Source of the DNA: a virus
Taxonomy: Duplodnaviria; Caudoviricetes
Length of the DNA stretch: 64,000 nucleotides
Direction: 5' to 3' (one strand)
Virus record (IMG/VR): IMGVR_UViG_3300032030_000057
Span: 1 to 64,000 of that record
Every line of letters starts with the position of its first letter. Positions within the stretch are counted from its first letter, which is position 1. The notes under the pieces were generated by a model. The model saw only the letters and a list, made by a program, of their open reading frames with translations. It searched no databases and was not told the origin of the DNA. The translations under genes and the position numbers were made by a program. Below, in pieces: positions 56,055 through 64,000 of the stretch.

Positions 56055-56120
56055 ATGTCACCAAAGATTCGTTACCGCCTTGTGTTTGAATACGCAAAAA
56101 AAGGAATCACTAATAAATGA
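56055..56120 (+). pseudogene. Relic 5' end of a Bacteroidales tyrosine integrase
   Basis: MSPKIRYRLVF EYAKKGITNK*; the first 11 residues resemble the M.EKIRYRLVFNR N-terminus of Arm-DNA-bind_5 integrases as recalled; truncated by a terminator hairpin. Confidence 0.5.
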
Positions 56121-56130
56121 TTCCCTTTTT
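56097..56130. terminator. Terminator at the end of the tail-fibre operon
   Basis: AAAAGGAATCA-CTAATAAA-TGATTCCCTTTT. Confidence 0.7.
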
Positions 56131-56164
56131 CTTATTATGAAAATTTGTGGATTTCCACTTTAAT

Positions 56165-56890
56165 TTATTGAATTAACACAAAATCGCTATCACTATAGCC
56201 TTTTTTATAGACAGTTGTAGTTCCATCTGATACTCCATGAAATTCCATTCTACCTCCATTATAATCTTTATAAATTGTAACAAATATATTTGAATCGGCA
56301 GGAGATATAAGAAGAAAGGCGACACTAGATTGCATTTGATTTAAAAAATAATCTTTTGCTATTTCCAGTCCTGTTTTGTTGCTATCAGCAATTTGTATCA
56401 GAGCATGATTTGTAGGGTATTCTCCCAGCGCGTTTGCAAGACTGGATAAATCAGTATAGTCCTTGTAAAATGAAGGATAACCAATAGCCACATCTTGCCA
56501 ATTGTATATTCTGTCACCACCACCACCATCTCGGTATATTTTGGTTTGTCCAGTTACAATATCAAAAGCAAAAGCCATTACAAAACGGGTTCTAGCCCAG
56601 TGTGTTTTATCTATTGAAACGACACAATATTGAAACGGAAAGTCGTATTGACTATGGCCGTTGCTATCTTGGTCAACATAATAAACACGCCTACCATCTG
56701 TTAAATTTGCCATATTTTCAAAAGAGCCTCCAGTCCATGCTCCAGCAAATTGCTCACCAAGAACACTTGCAAGGTTAGCCATAGTCATGTGACCGTCTGG
56801 CGTACCATCGTTACCACAAAGCATGACGTTAGAGCCTGTAGTCTTTGCTGTTGCGAATATTTCTTTTATTCCATTTACTAAAGTTCCCAT
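56165..56890 (-). CDS. Putative modular receptor-binding/fibre accessory protein
   Basis: Two linker repeats MANLASVLGE / LSSLANALGE, each followed by a beta-rich module; AT-rich. Confidence 0.5.
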   Translation of the reverse strand: MGTLVNGIKEIFATAKTTGSNVMLCGNDGTPDGHMTMANLASVLGEQFAGAWTGGSFENMANLTDGRRVYYVDQDSNGHSQYDFPFQYCVVSIDKTHWARTRFVMAFAFDIVTGQTKIYRDGGGGDRIYNWQDVAIGYPSFYKDYTDLSSLANALGEYPTNHALIQIADSNKTGLEIAKDYFLNQMQSSVAFLLISPADSNIFVTIYKDYNGGRMEFHGVSDGTTTVYKKGYSDSDFVLIQ

Positions 56891-56938
56891 AATAAAATAT
56901 CTTTTTAAATTGTAAAATTATTTTCTTGTAAATATCTT

Positions 56939-57259
56939 TTACATAGTTATTTTCTTCCAAGTGACCGTCGTATTCGAACCATGTGTGACAAGTTCACCAT
57001 TATGCGTAACGCTTGAATTGTTGTGCGTCACCACATGGCTAGGTACGCCCGTAATCTGCTCGGAATTGATAAACACCTCTTGGTTTACGCCTATAAGCGA
57101 ATGTTGCGCGAATGTCGTATCTGGCGGCGTGTTGATGACCTGCCCAATGATTTTAACCTCGTTCTTAGCCACAAAGCTATTGTACAAGGACTTTAGTAAT
57201 CCCCATACCGTCGTAAGACCTGCGCCATCGAGTTTCTTATCAGCCGTTTGTACTGCCAT
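56939..57259 (-). CDS. Fibre-associated protein with the shared N-terminal docking motif
   Basis: MAVQTADKKLDGAGLTTVWGLLKSL. Confidence 0.65.
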   Translation of the reverse strand: MAVQTADKKLDGAGLTTVWGLLKSLYNSFVAKNEVKIIGQVINTPPDTTFAQHSLIGVNQEVFINSEQITGVPSHVVTHNNSSVTHNGELVTHGSNTTVTWKKITM

Positions 57260-57278
57260 CGCCTTTTAAGTGTTGTTG

Positions 57279-57410
57279 TTATGTTCCGTTCGGTGCTATA
57301 TGCTGCGAACTTACGGGGAACACGTTCTGCGTTAACAGCGTCTTGCATATTCCCCATAAGTCGCCTAGCCCACGACCATTTAGTTTCTTGTCGTCCGTGC
57401 TTACTGGCAT
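57279..57410 (-). CDS. 43-aa paralog of the docking motif (not in ORF track)
   Basis: MPVSTDDKKLNGRGLGDLWGICKTLLTQNVFPVSSQHIAPNGT*. Confidence 0.6.
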   Translation of the reverse strand: MPVSTDDKKLNGRGLGDLWGICKTLLTQNVFPVSSQHIAPNGT

Positions 57411-58105
57411 ATACTCTGTATTTCAGCCGTAGAAAGCACTTCCACGTCATCTAACTTTGCATAGTTAGACATGTCAATGTAACCTTGGTAGACATCGAAC
57501 TTGTAAACGGCGGGCGTAGAACCCTCTGCTGGCGTGTTCTCGATGACATAGACGTTAGTACCCTTTGGATAGGTCTTTGTCTTTCCCGATTCGTAGTCCT
57601 TAAAGCGGTCGTCGATAGTAAAGCTATCCTCCATGTTCCACATCCAGCCTTCGTTCGTGCTAGCGGGTGTAGGCAGGTTGGCAAAGAGAATACCGCCCTT
57701 GGGTTTGATAACGGACTGCATCTTTGAGTCAATAGCAGCATTGACTTGTGCAGACGTCTGATAGCCTGCGCCATTTCCGATTTCAGAGTTGTCGGTAGGC
57801 ACTGGAATGTTTACCGCCTTAGATGATGGTGTCAACGCCACGTTGTTCACCTTAATGGTTTCGATGACGTTTGCCTGCGCACCAGCTGCGATACCGTCCA
57901 ACTTGTCTTTCAACGCGCCAGTAAAGTTCTGGTCGGTATGCACATAGTTGGCATCCGATGGAAAGTTCGAGTCGTTCGTAAGGTCGCTTGTCTTGGTGGG
58001 AAATGAAAGCGCGCTAATAGCATCGCTTACAAGTGACTTTATCAAACCCCATAAGGTTGACAAGCCAGCACCATCGAGCTTTTTGTCGTTTGTTTGTACA
58101 GCCAT
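57401..58105 (-). CDS. Head/tail fibre-like structural protein
   Basis: MAVQTNDKKLDGAGLSTLWGLIKSL; PTKTSDLTNDS; KLDGIAAGAQANVIETIKVN; LSTAEIQSI. Confidence 0.7.
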   Translation of the reverse strand: MAVQTNDKKLDGAGLSTLWGLIKSLVSDAISALSFPTKTSDLTNDSNFPSDANYVHTDQNFTGALKDKLDGIAAGAQANVIETIKVNNVALTPSSKAVNIPVPTDNSEIGNGAGYQTSAQVNAAIDSKMQSVIKPKGGILFANLPTPASTNEGWMWNMEDSFTIDDRFKDYESGKTKTYPKGTNVYVIENTPAEGSTPAVYKFDVYQGYIDMSNYAKLDDVEVLSTAEIQSICQ

Positions 58106-58137
58106 AGTTGTATAAAATTTTTAAGTGTTATGTTTAT

Positions 58138-58344
58138 TTATCTGCAAATCATTCGAATTTCAAATTCCGAAAGGGTTTCTCCCTCTTCTTCTACCTGCTG
58201 CTCGACGTTGCGTAACGTTTGCACGTGTTCTTTCGTCATCAAGCCGCGTTCACGGGTGCTGGCATCTGGATATATCGTCTTTTGCTCGACAGCATCCAAA
58301 TCGTCCTTTACCTGTTTTCCGTATTTGTCTAACTTGTATGCCAT
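58138..58344 (-). CDS. Small fibre-associated protein
   Basis: DAST..RGLMTKE motif; LSEFEIRMIC ending resembles that of 57401..58105. Confidence 0.6.
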   Translation of the reverse strand: MAYKLDKYGKQVKDDLDAVEQKTIYPDASTRERGLMTKEHVQTLRNVEQQVEEEGETLSEFEIRMICR

Positions 58345-58360
58345 AGCTTTCTTCTATTTT

Positions 58361-58702
58361 TTACCTTCTTACCAAAACACATTGACCGTCGATAAGCATG
58401 ATAACACCTTCGTTGACCAACAAGAACTCCCATTCGCCTTGCGATGTCCTACACATAAGTGATGTCTTGATGGTTAGCCCGTCGCCGTCCTTTCGTTCCG
58501 TCGCAACGTCAACGCCCGTGTTCTTTGGTTCAAGGTCTATCGCCATCCTATGCGTCATATCCATAACATCTACACTTGGTGCTTTGTCGTTCTTAAGCCA
58601 TGCGCTAGCCGACATATCACCACCACCTTTGTGCGTGACGGTGACTGTTGTACAGCCATGAATGCCGCAACTATAACCGTGTGTTATGATGTCACTTTGC
58701 AT
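58361..58702 (-). CDS. Hypothetical structural-module protein
   Basis: 113 aa. Confidence 0.55.
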   Translation of the reverse strand: MQSDIITHGYSCGIHGCTTVTVTHKGGGDMSASAWLKNDKAPSVDVMDMTHRMAIDLEPKNTGVDVATERKDGDGLTIKTSLMCRTSQGEWEFLLVNEGVIMLIDGQCVLVRR

Positions 58703-59022
58703 AAGAATGTCTTTTGTACCTCTTGTCTAAAGCCGTCATCGAAATCCGCGTCGGGAACTTGCGCCAACGTCGTAAGATAGTAGTCGCCAGTACCTAGCGT
58801 TTCCGTCGGCAACGTGAATAAGAACTCATCGTTCTGCGTAAGAATCATTTCCCCCTTGTCTATCTCCACCGACTTTTGCATGTTGTTAATGATGACCTTA
58901 AAGTCATCTTCCAACATGTCAAAGCCCTCGGCCTCGATATTCAACGAGAATTTGAGTTCCGTCCCCAAATAGATGGGTCTTTCGACAATTTCGCTTACAT
59001 TATCTGCCATATCGCCAATCAA
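58684..59022 (-). CDS. Ig-like/BppU-like baseplate-associated protein
   Basis: Beta-sandwich pattern; T..LGTG.Y...V.D.DF.DG.R.EV. Confidence 0.5.
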   Translation of the reverse strand: MIGDMADNVSEIVERPIYLGTELKFSLNIEAEGFDMLEDDFKVIINNMQKSVEIDKGEMILTQNDEFLFTLPTETLGTGDYYLTTLAQVPDADFDDGFRQEVQKTFLCKVTS

Positions 59023-59101
59023 ATACGTATTTACTAAAAATTGTTATAACGATGCAAAAATAGCATATTATTTTTAATACTACAAATTTTTTATCGTTTT
59101 T

Positions 59102-59485
59102 TTATTGTTTTTTTACGATTTTCCTCGAAATAGCGTCACGAACGTACGATTTCTTGAACAAATAACGTACAAAAGAGTAGAGTTTTCGTTCGTAAGGATA
59201 TGACAGGTCGTTTTCGTTCAAATACGCTTCCTGCTCGAACGAAATGTTCTTATATGCCAAGTGACCGTCAAAGCCATAAGCTACCCAACGTACGAACCAT
59301 TCAACACCATACCACACAAAGAATAACACCCAAAGCATTTCAATTTGTTGCTTACCATGTATCGTTTCGTGATTGATGTCATTATTTTTAAGGGCGCGTG
59401 CATCTTTCCTAACAAAGATGAAAGGAAAGACACACATTGCCAAGTAACCCTTAAACGGTATAATGTTGTTATAAACGATTTTCAT
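59102..59485 (-). CDS. Membrane-associated HExxH protein (zincin-like)
   Basis: INHETIH..Q..Y..EW..AY.NISFEQEAY. Confidence 0.6.
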   Translation of the reverse strand: MKIVYNNIIPFKGYLAMCVFPFIFVRKDARALKNNDINHETIHGKQQIEMLWVLFFVWYGVEWFVRWVAYGFDGHLAYKNISFEQEAYLNENDLSYPYERKLYSFVRYLFKKSYVRDAISRKIVKKQ

Positions 59486-59490
59486 AGTGC

Positions 59491-59658
59491 CTATCTATTG
59501 TGCAACCAATGAATACCATAAAGGATAAGCACCAACGGCCAAAAGATGCTGAATACCACATTTTCAAACTCGTTGTTGTCCCATTCCTTAATCTTGTTAT
59601 AAGCAACAAAGATACCGATAATGTACAATGATAAAATAATAATAATTGTTGTTGTCAT
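59491..59658 (-). CDS. Small two-TM membrane protein (not in ORF track)
   Basis: MTTTIIIILSLYIIGIFVAYNKIKEWDNNEFENVVFSIFWPLVLILYGIHWLHNR*. Confidence 0.55.
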   Translation of the reverse strand: MTTTIIIILSLYIIGIFVAYNKIKEWDNNEFENVVFSIFWPLVLILYGIHWLHNR

Positions 59659-59705
59659 AATGATTCTGTTTTTTAGTTATTAAAATATGTTACTTGTCGC
59701 GCGTG

Positions 59706-62700
59706 TTATGCACAGTCGTACTCCTTCCACCTGAACTCGCCGCTATAATAGAAGCCTACGAATATTCTTGGTCTCTGCTCGTTGAATTCATGGCCGCTTG
59801 AGGATGTCGAGTCTTCGTATCTCAGAGTGCTTGAGTCAGACTTGTAAACATAGTGGCTAGCCTTCACGCTCTTGCAGTTCGGAGCAAAGATAACCATGCC
59901 GCTCTCTGGGTTGGCAGGAAGATTTACGTTGCTTTTCAAGACGACATTCTGTGGCATGGCAACAGGCAAGGAACCATAACCGCTTTCATAGCCTTTTCCG
60001 ATTATCTTATTCGTCCTTACCTCATTTGTATCCACATAGGAATAGCTTACATGCGTCTGTGTAGTCTCGTCAACCCCTCCGATTATTTCATGGCGAGTGA
60101 AATAAGCACCAGCACCGCTGATGGTCGCATATTCATAGTTGGAGCTGTTTTTTGCTCTGGTTATAAGATTCACAAAGCCTTTTTCATAGACAGAGCTCTG
60201 CTGTGATTCCTTATGAACGCCTATCGCTGCGATGACCTCGTTATTGGAATTGTCCTTGTCGTTACGACAGAATAGTCCCCTGTCGGTAATGTTTATCCAC
60301 CCGCTACCTATCGTCTGGTTATCCTCCTTGACGACAACCATGCCGTTCAACGTAGACATCTGGCCTCTCACAAATGCGTCGTTCTGATATGTCCTACCTG
60401 TCATGCCATCCAAAGCAAGCATTGGCATAAATAACACTCTAGTCAACGACCATGCGTTTGTTTCACCGCCTGCGGTAATTTCAATACTCGACGGTAGCGT
60501 CGGTTGGTACATTTCAAGATAGAAATAACCGCTCGTCTGAGGTCTAAACGTAAACGTTGACGATTCATAGTCCGACGTGCTTGGATAATGCACCGCATTC
60601 CAAGTGCCATTACTACCATTTGTGCTACGCAAACGGACGTAGACGTCATAAGAATTGCTATATCGCCTACCTTTACATTTAAACTTGTAAACACAATCTG
60701 AACGCAGATATACCGTCGCGATAGTCTTTGTGTTCTCTTGATTACCAATAACGACCTTATCGGTAGAGTCGCCAGACGTGACAACAATTGTTTCTCCTAA
60801 CGGGTGTTCTTGGTCAAACAACGTATAACCTTTGATAGAGAAACTACTTGTGCCACTACTTGTAATGACCGTACCACCAATGTTTGCACTATTGTTGTAC
60901 GTTGTACCGTCGATTTCTCCGTTCGTAGACAATTGCCAGTCGCCATTAAAGATAAACGAACCAAGGTGTGCATAACGTGCAAACATAACTTCCGACATAA
61001 AGAACTGTTGCTTGTTATACACCATCAAGTGCCAATTGGAATCATGCGATGAAGGATAGCCCATATCAGCCATAGAGTAGTATGTCGTGCTTGACGCGTT
61101 CGGTTCAAATACCCAATAATCGTTATTGTACAAGAAATATGGTGCTTCTTTGTCGTTCACATAGAACGATACGTCAGACGTATATGAGTATTCACCTGCG
61201 TTGTAATAGAAACGACCACCAACACGACCAACGGTAGGCTCTTTTGAAACCGCAATTGCACCATCCTTGACATATACTGTGATTTCTGCTGGCGCATCTG
61301 TAGTTCCCATACCGCTTTGCACTTGCACGGCTTGACCTTTAGGCAACCCTTTGTAGCCAATAAAGGCAAATGGAACACGATAAGCCGTTGTGTCGTTCAA
61401 GCCGATAGAACCAAAGTTGCCAAGAGCATCTATCAATTCTTGCGTCCATCGGACTGCATCCCAGCTTACAAGGCAAACGAAATAGTCCGATGTTATGATG
61501 TTAATAGCTGCTGCAAGGTTGGCACAAGCAGATTCGCCATAACCTACGGTTTCGCCATATACATCGTATGTCATTATAGATGAAATGGAAAGGTCTGAAC
61601 GCAAAATTTTTATAAGCGTAAGACCACGTGACGTTATAGAACGCGAATCAAGAGTAGTGCCATTGAATGCTTCACAAAGTGCTGTTTGGTTATTGTTTTG
61701 ACCAGTACCTTTTAAGTGGATATACATTGCGCTAGTACCTGCATTACCTGTATCTCCCTTGTCGCCTTTATCGCCCTTTCCTCCAGTATCACCTTTATCA
61801 CCTTTTGCACCAGTATTACCATTTTTTAAAATGATAATTTCTTTCTTTGCAAGAAATGTCGTTGTAGAAAAAGAAGATGTGGAATAACAAAAGATAACAA
61901 GGGCATCGTTACCTGCTGAATATGTAGTTGGTAGGTTTATGGAACTTGTAGCACCACCACTATTGTAGCGTGTTAGCTGTGTTCCACTTTTCCAATACAA
62001 CGACCAATAAAGCGATTCAGAAGAACGCGTAGAACCAACAATTTTATTGAATGAAGCGGTAGGCGTAGAGGAAAGTGTTGTGTCGGTAGAATCTGCTGGT
62101 ATTCTCACACTTTCTATTGTCGGAACGACTTCGTAAAACGTGCCTCCAGTACCAGTATCTCCTTTTTCACCCTTGCCACCTTCATCAGAACCAATAAGTG
62201 CAACGGTCACTTGTGCCGTATAACTCTTTCCATTGTAAGAACCAGTTACGTTTAAGACAACGCCATTTGAAATACCACTAGACGTAGCACTTGTACTAAT
62301 CGTAATCGTAACAGCATTAGTTGCAACACCAGTAACCGTAACGCCACTAGGTGCAGATTGGCGTGATACGGCAGTAACGCTTGCAGCGTGCGTTCCAACC
62401 TTCATCGAGAACGTAACGCTCTTGACCATTTCAGCTTTGACATTTCCGTTGTTGTCGCAAGGAACGGAAATCTTATCGGGTGTGGCAAAAGCCACTGGCG
62501 CATCGTCACCATCCTCACCAGTAAGTCGAATATAACGAGTGCTATCAATAACATAGTCTTGCAAAGCGTCATTCCACACTTTCTTTTGCACCCTAGACCA
62601 AAGGTAAGGTTTTGATGATGTAACCGCCAAAGGTGCATCTTGCCAATCGCTACTTGAAATATCTCTAGGTGCGGTAGTAGCACTTGATGTAGTCTTGTGT

Positions 62701-62939
62701 TGAGAAATGGCAAATGTATAATCCGTTTCGTCGCCACCTTCGCCAACTATTCTATGCCAGTCAGACCACACGTTTGAGTCGGTAGAGCGTGTACGCATGT
62801 ACAAGTCACCGTCCTGCCATGTGTCGTGTATCTGACCAGCAGAAGGGTTGGCGTTGGGCGCGTATTGTGCAACAACGCTAACTGGGTCATCTACCGTGAT
62901 GACCGTAAAAGAATTTGATATTGACCTTCTACCAGACAT
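59706..62939 (-). CDS. Tail fibre protein with collagen-like repeats and an ILEI/GG-type domain
   Basis: WSDWHRIVG; PYLWSR; GEKGDTG/GDKGDKGDTG repeats; RGLTLI..TYDVYG..LA.AI..V.LVSWDA..LG.FGS..R.PFAFIG.KG. Confidence 0.8.
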   Translation of the reverse strand: MSGRRSISNSFTVITVDDPVSVVAQYAPNANPSAGQIHDTWQDGDLYMRTRSTDSNVWSDWHRIVGEGGDETDYTFAISQHKTTSSATTAPRDISSSDWQDAPLAVTSSKPYLWSRVQKKVWNDALQDYVIDSTRYIRLTGEDGDDAPVAFATPDKISVPCDNNGNVKAEMVKSVTFSMKVGTHAASVTAVSRQSAPSGVTVTGVATNAVTITISTSATSSGISNGVVLNVTGSYNGKSYTAQVTVALIGSDEGGKGEKGDTGTGGTFYEVVPTIESVRIPADSTDTTLSSTPTASFNKIVGSTRSSESLYWSLYWKSGTQLTRYNSGGATSSINLPTTYSAGNDALVIFCYSTSSFSTTTFLAKKEIIILKNGNTGAKGDKGDTGGKGDKGDKGDTGNAGTSAMYIHLKGTGQNNNQTALCEAFNGTTLDSRSITSRGLTLIKILRSDLSISSIMTYDVYGETVGYGESACANLAAAINIITSDYFVCLVSWDAVRWTQELIDALGNFGSIGLNDTTAYRVPFAFIGYKGLPKGQAVQVQSGMGTTDAPAEITVYVKDGAIAVSKEPTVGRVGGRFYYNAGEYSYTSDVSFYVNDKEAPYFLYNNDYWVFEPNASSTTYYSMADMGYPSSHDSNWHLMVYNKQQFFMSEVMFARYAHLGSFIFNGDWQLSTNGEIDGTTYNNSANIGGTVITSSGTSSFSIKGYTLFDQEHPLGETIVVTSGDSTDKVVIGNQENTKTIATVYLRSDCVYKFKCKGRRYSNSYDVYVRLRSTNGSNGTWNAVHYPSTSDYESSTFTFRPQTSGYFYLEMYQPTLPSSIEITAGGETNAWSLTRVLFMPMLALDGMTGRTYQNDAFVRGQMSTLNGMVVVKEDNQTIGSGWINITDRGLFCRNDKDNSNNEVIAAIGVHKESQQSSVYEKGFVNLITRAKNSSNYEYATISGAGAYFTRHEIIGGVDETTQTHVSYSYVDTNEVRTNKIIGKGYESGYGSLPVAMPQNVVLKSNVNLPANPESGMVIFAPNCKSVKASHYVYKSDSSTLRYEDSTSSSGHEFNEQRPRIFVGFYYSGEFRWKEYDCA

Positions 62940-62954
62940 AACTTACTCTTATTT

Positions 62955-63998
62955 TTAGTTTGACTCTACGTGTGCCGCGATGACAATACCCGTCATGTTC
63001 TTTTTTCCGTAGACGGAACTTGCAGCAACACTGTAAGGAATAGTTATAGTAGCCACACCTGCCGACATTGGCAACGTGCGATAGCCACTTGAATCAGCAT
63101 CGGGAATACCGCTACCGATAACCGAACGTCCGCTATCACCACTACCACCAATAATAAGTCCATCGCCATCAAGCAATTGCACCTTATAGCTATTGTACGT
63201 AGGATTGACCGTGCCACCGATTACCGTTGGGTCTTCGCGCCTACCTACCCAAATATCGAAACTTACGCTTTCGTTCTTTCTTAGGCTTGCTGCGTTACCA
63301 TTCGCGCCATTGTACTGAATATACATAAACTCTGGGTCTTGCATATCGTCAACACTTGCGTATGCCGTGTCAAGCAAGTTGTTTGAACCATCATAGAACT
63401 CACAACGAATCGTAGCATGGTCAACAACCGTTTGCTCGGAAACTTGGAAAGCGTTTGCATACGTCGTGCCATCTACCGTGATATTCGTACCAGTAGTAGG
63501 CGTAACGCTATCATTAATATACCACTTTGTAGTAACGCCAGTGATAGCACCACCACTAGAATTGTAGATAGTACCATACATTGTGATAACTTGACCAGCC
63601 TCAACGATATTGCTTTCTCCATTGACAAAGCTAATAAGTCCGATGTTACCATTAGCGGTGATTGCAGAAATACGAATATGTGCTTCACAAGCAAAGTCGA
63701 TACCGCTACCATTGATAACATAGCTACCTGCAAAGCGAATCATATCCACGTCAACGTTAGCGGAATTTGCAAGGTTTGCCTTGATTTTCAAAGCAGGCAT
63801 ATTCTTTGTCACATTGTTGTATGTGACAACGTGCGTAGTCTTTTCAAAGCGCGTATCGTCGTTAGCGATTTCAACGCCATTGTAGTACCACTTATAGCCA
63901 CTTGCAGGCTCCACCAAGTCACCACCAGAAAGCAAGGTAAGATATATGACGGGTTGCTCGGCGGCTATCGTCCAGTCTGGGACAGCACTTGTGCCGTT
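62955..63998 (-). CDS. Tail-tip/fibre Ig-like protein (start lies outside the window)
   Basis: Frame open to the edge (NGTSAVPDWTIAAEQPVIY..); YKWYYNG; TKWY; VDD..DP. Confidence 0.7.
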   Translation of the reverse strand, partial: NGTSAVPDWTIAAEQPVIYLTLLSGGDLVEPASGYKWYYNGVEIANDDTRFEKTTHVVTYNNVTKNMPALKIKANLANSANVDVDMIRFAGSYVINGSGIDFACEAHIRISAITANGNIGLISFVNGESNIVEAGQVITMYGTIYNSSGGAITGVTTKWYINDSVTPTTGTNITVDGTTYANAFQVSEQTVVDHATIRCEFYDGSNNLLDTAYASVDDMQDPEFMYIQYNGANGNAASLRKNESVSFDIWVGRREDPTVIGGTVNPTYNSYKVQLLDGDGLIIGGSGDSGRSVIGSGIPDADSSGYRTLPMSAGVATITIPYSVAASSVYGKKNMTGIVIAAHVESN

Positions 63999-64000
63999 CC

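Noticed and set aside
61740-61820. GxxGDKGD tandem repeats as a DNA repeat element
   Set aside because: Explained by the collagen-like protein sequence of the tail fibre
56165-62939. Diversity-generating retroelement acting on the fibre genes
   Set aside because: No reverse transcriptase and no TR/VR pair differing only at adenines; the repeated N-termini differ at synonymous positions of all bases
1-64000. Stop-codon reassignment (TAG/TGA recoding as in some crAss-like and Lak phages)
   Set aside because: Long genes are intact under code 11, and TAG and TGA terminate genes at sensible boundaries (e.g. 802, 1544, 25800)

Overview
A 64-kb stretch of a large long-tailed dsDNA phage of a Bacteroidetes host (probably Bacteroidales/Prevotella-like). 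The host call rests on about ten TTTG-N19/20-TAnnTTTG promoters and A-rich translation starts without Shine-Dalgarno sites. Standard genetic code. Layout: (1) 1-10.3 kb, + strand: two paralogous tail-tube genes, a -1 frameshifted tail chaperone, a 2205-aa tape measure and an HNH gene. (2) 10.4-17.5 kb, - strand: replication arm with SSB-like proteins, an AEP primase-SF4 helicase fusion and a MazG-like gene. (3) 17.5-19.2 kb: divergent non-coding control region with a cruciform element, an AT-rich tract, a candidate ~400-nt structured RNA and two parS-like sites. (4) 19.2-52.7 kb, + strand: early/middle genes, including many small ORFans, a serine recombinase, GIY-YIG, SSB-YqaJ-RecT, a minimal C5-MTase, a tRNA-Met-like element, the beta clamp, RusA and HNH. 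(5) 52.7-64 kb, - strand: a six-gene cassette of unknown function, an integrase relic, and tail fibre/baseplate genes. No capsid, portal, large terminase, lysin, DNA polymerase, RNA polymerase or reverse transcriptase is visible. The most interesting signals are non-coding: an array of repeated loop-E/GNRA hairpins each preceded by a U-rich segment that reads like the antisense of a translation start (a possible guide-plus-handle sRNA array) ending in an elbow-remodelled tRNA-Met mimic; three sequence-divergent kissing-loop leaders; and parS sites plus a resolvase plus a dead integrase, suggesting a plasmid-like prophage lifestyle. All family assignments come from motif recognition by eye, not from database searches.
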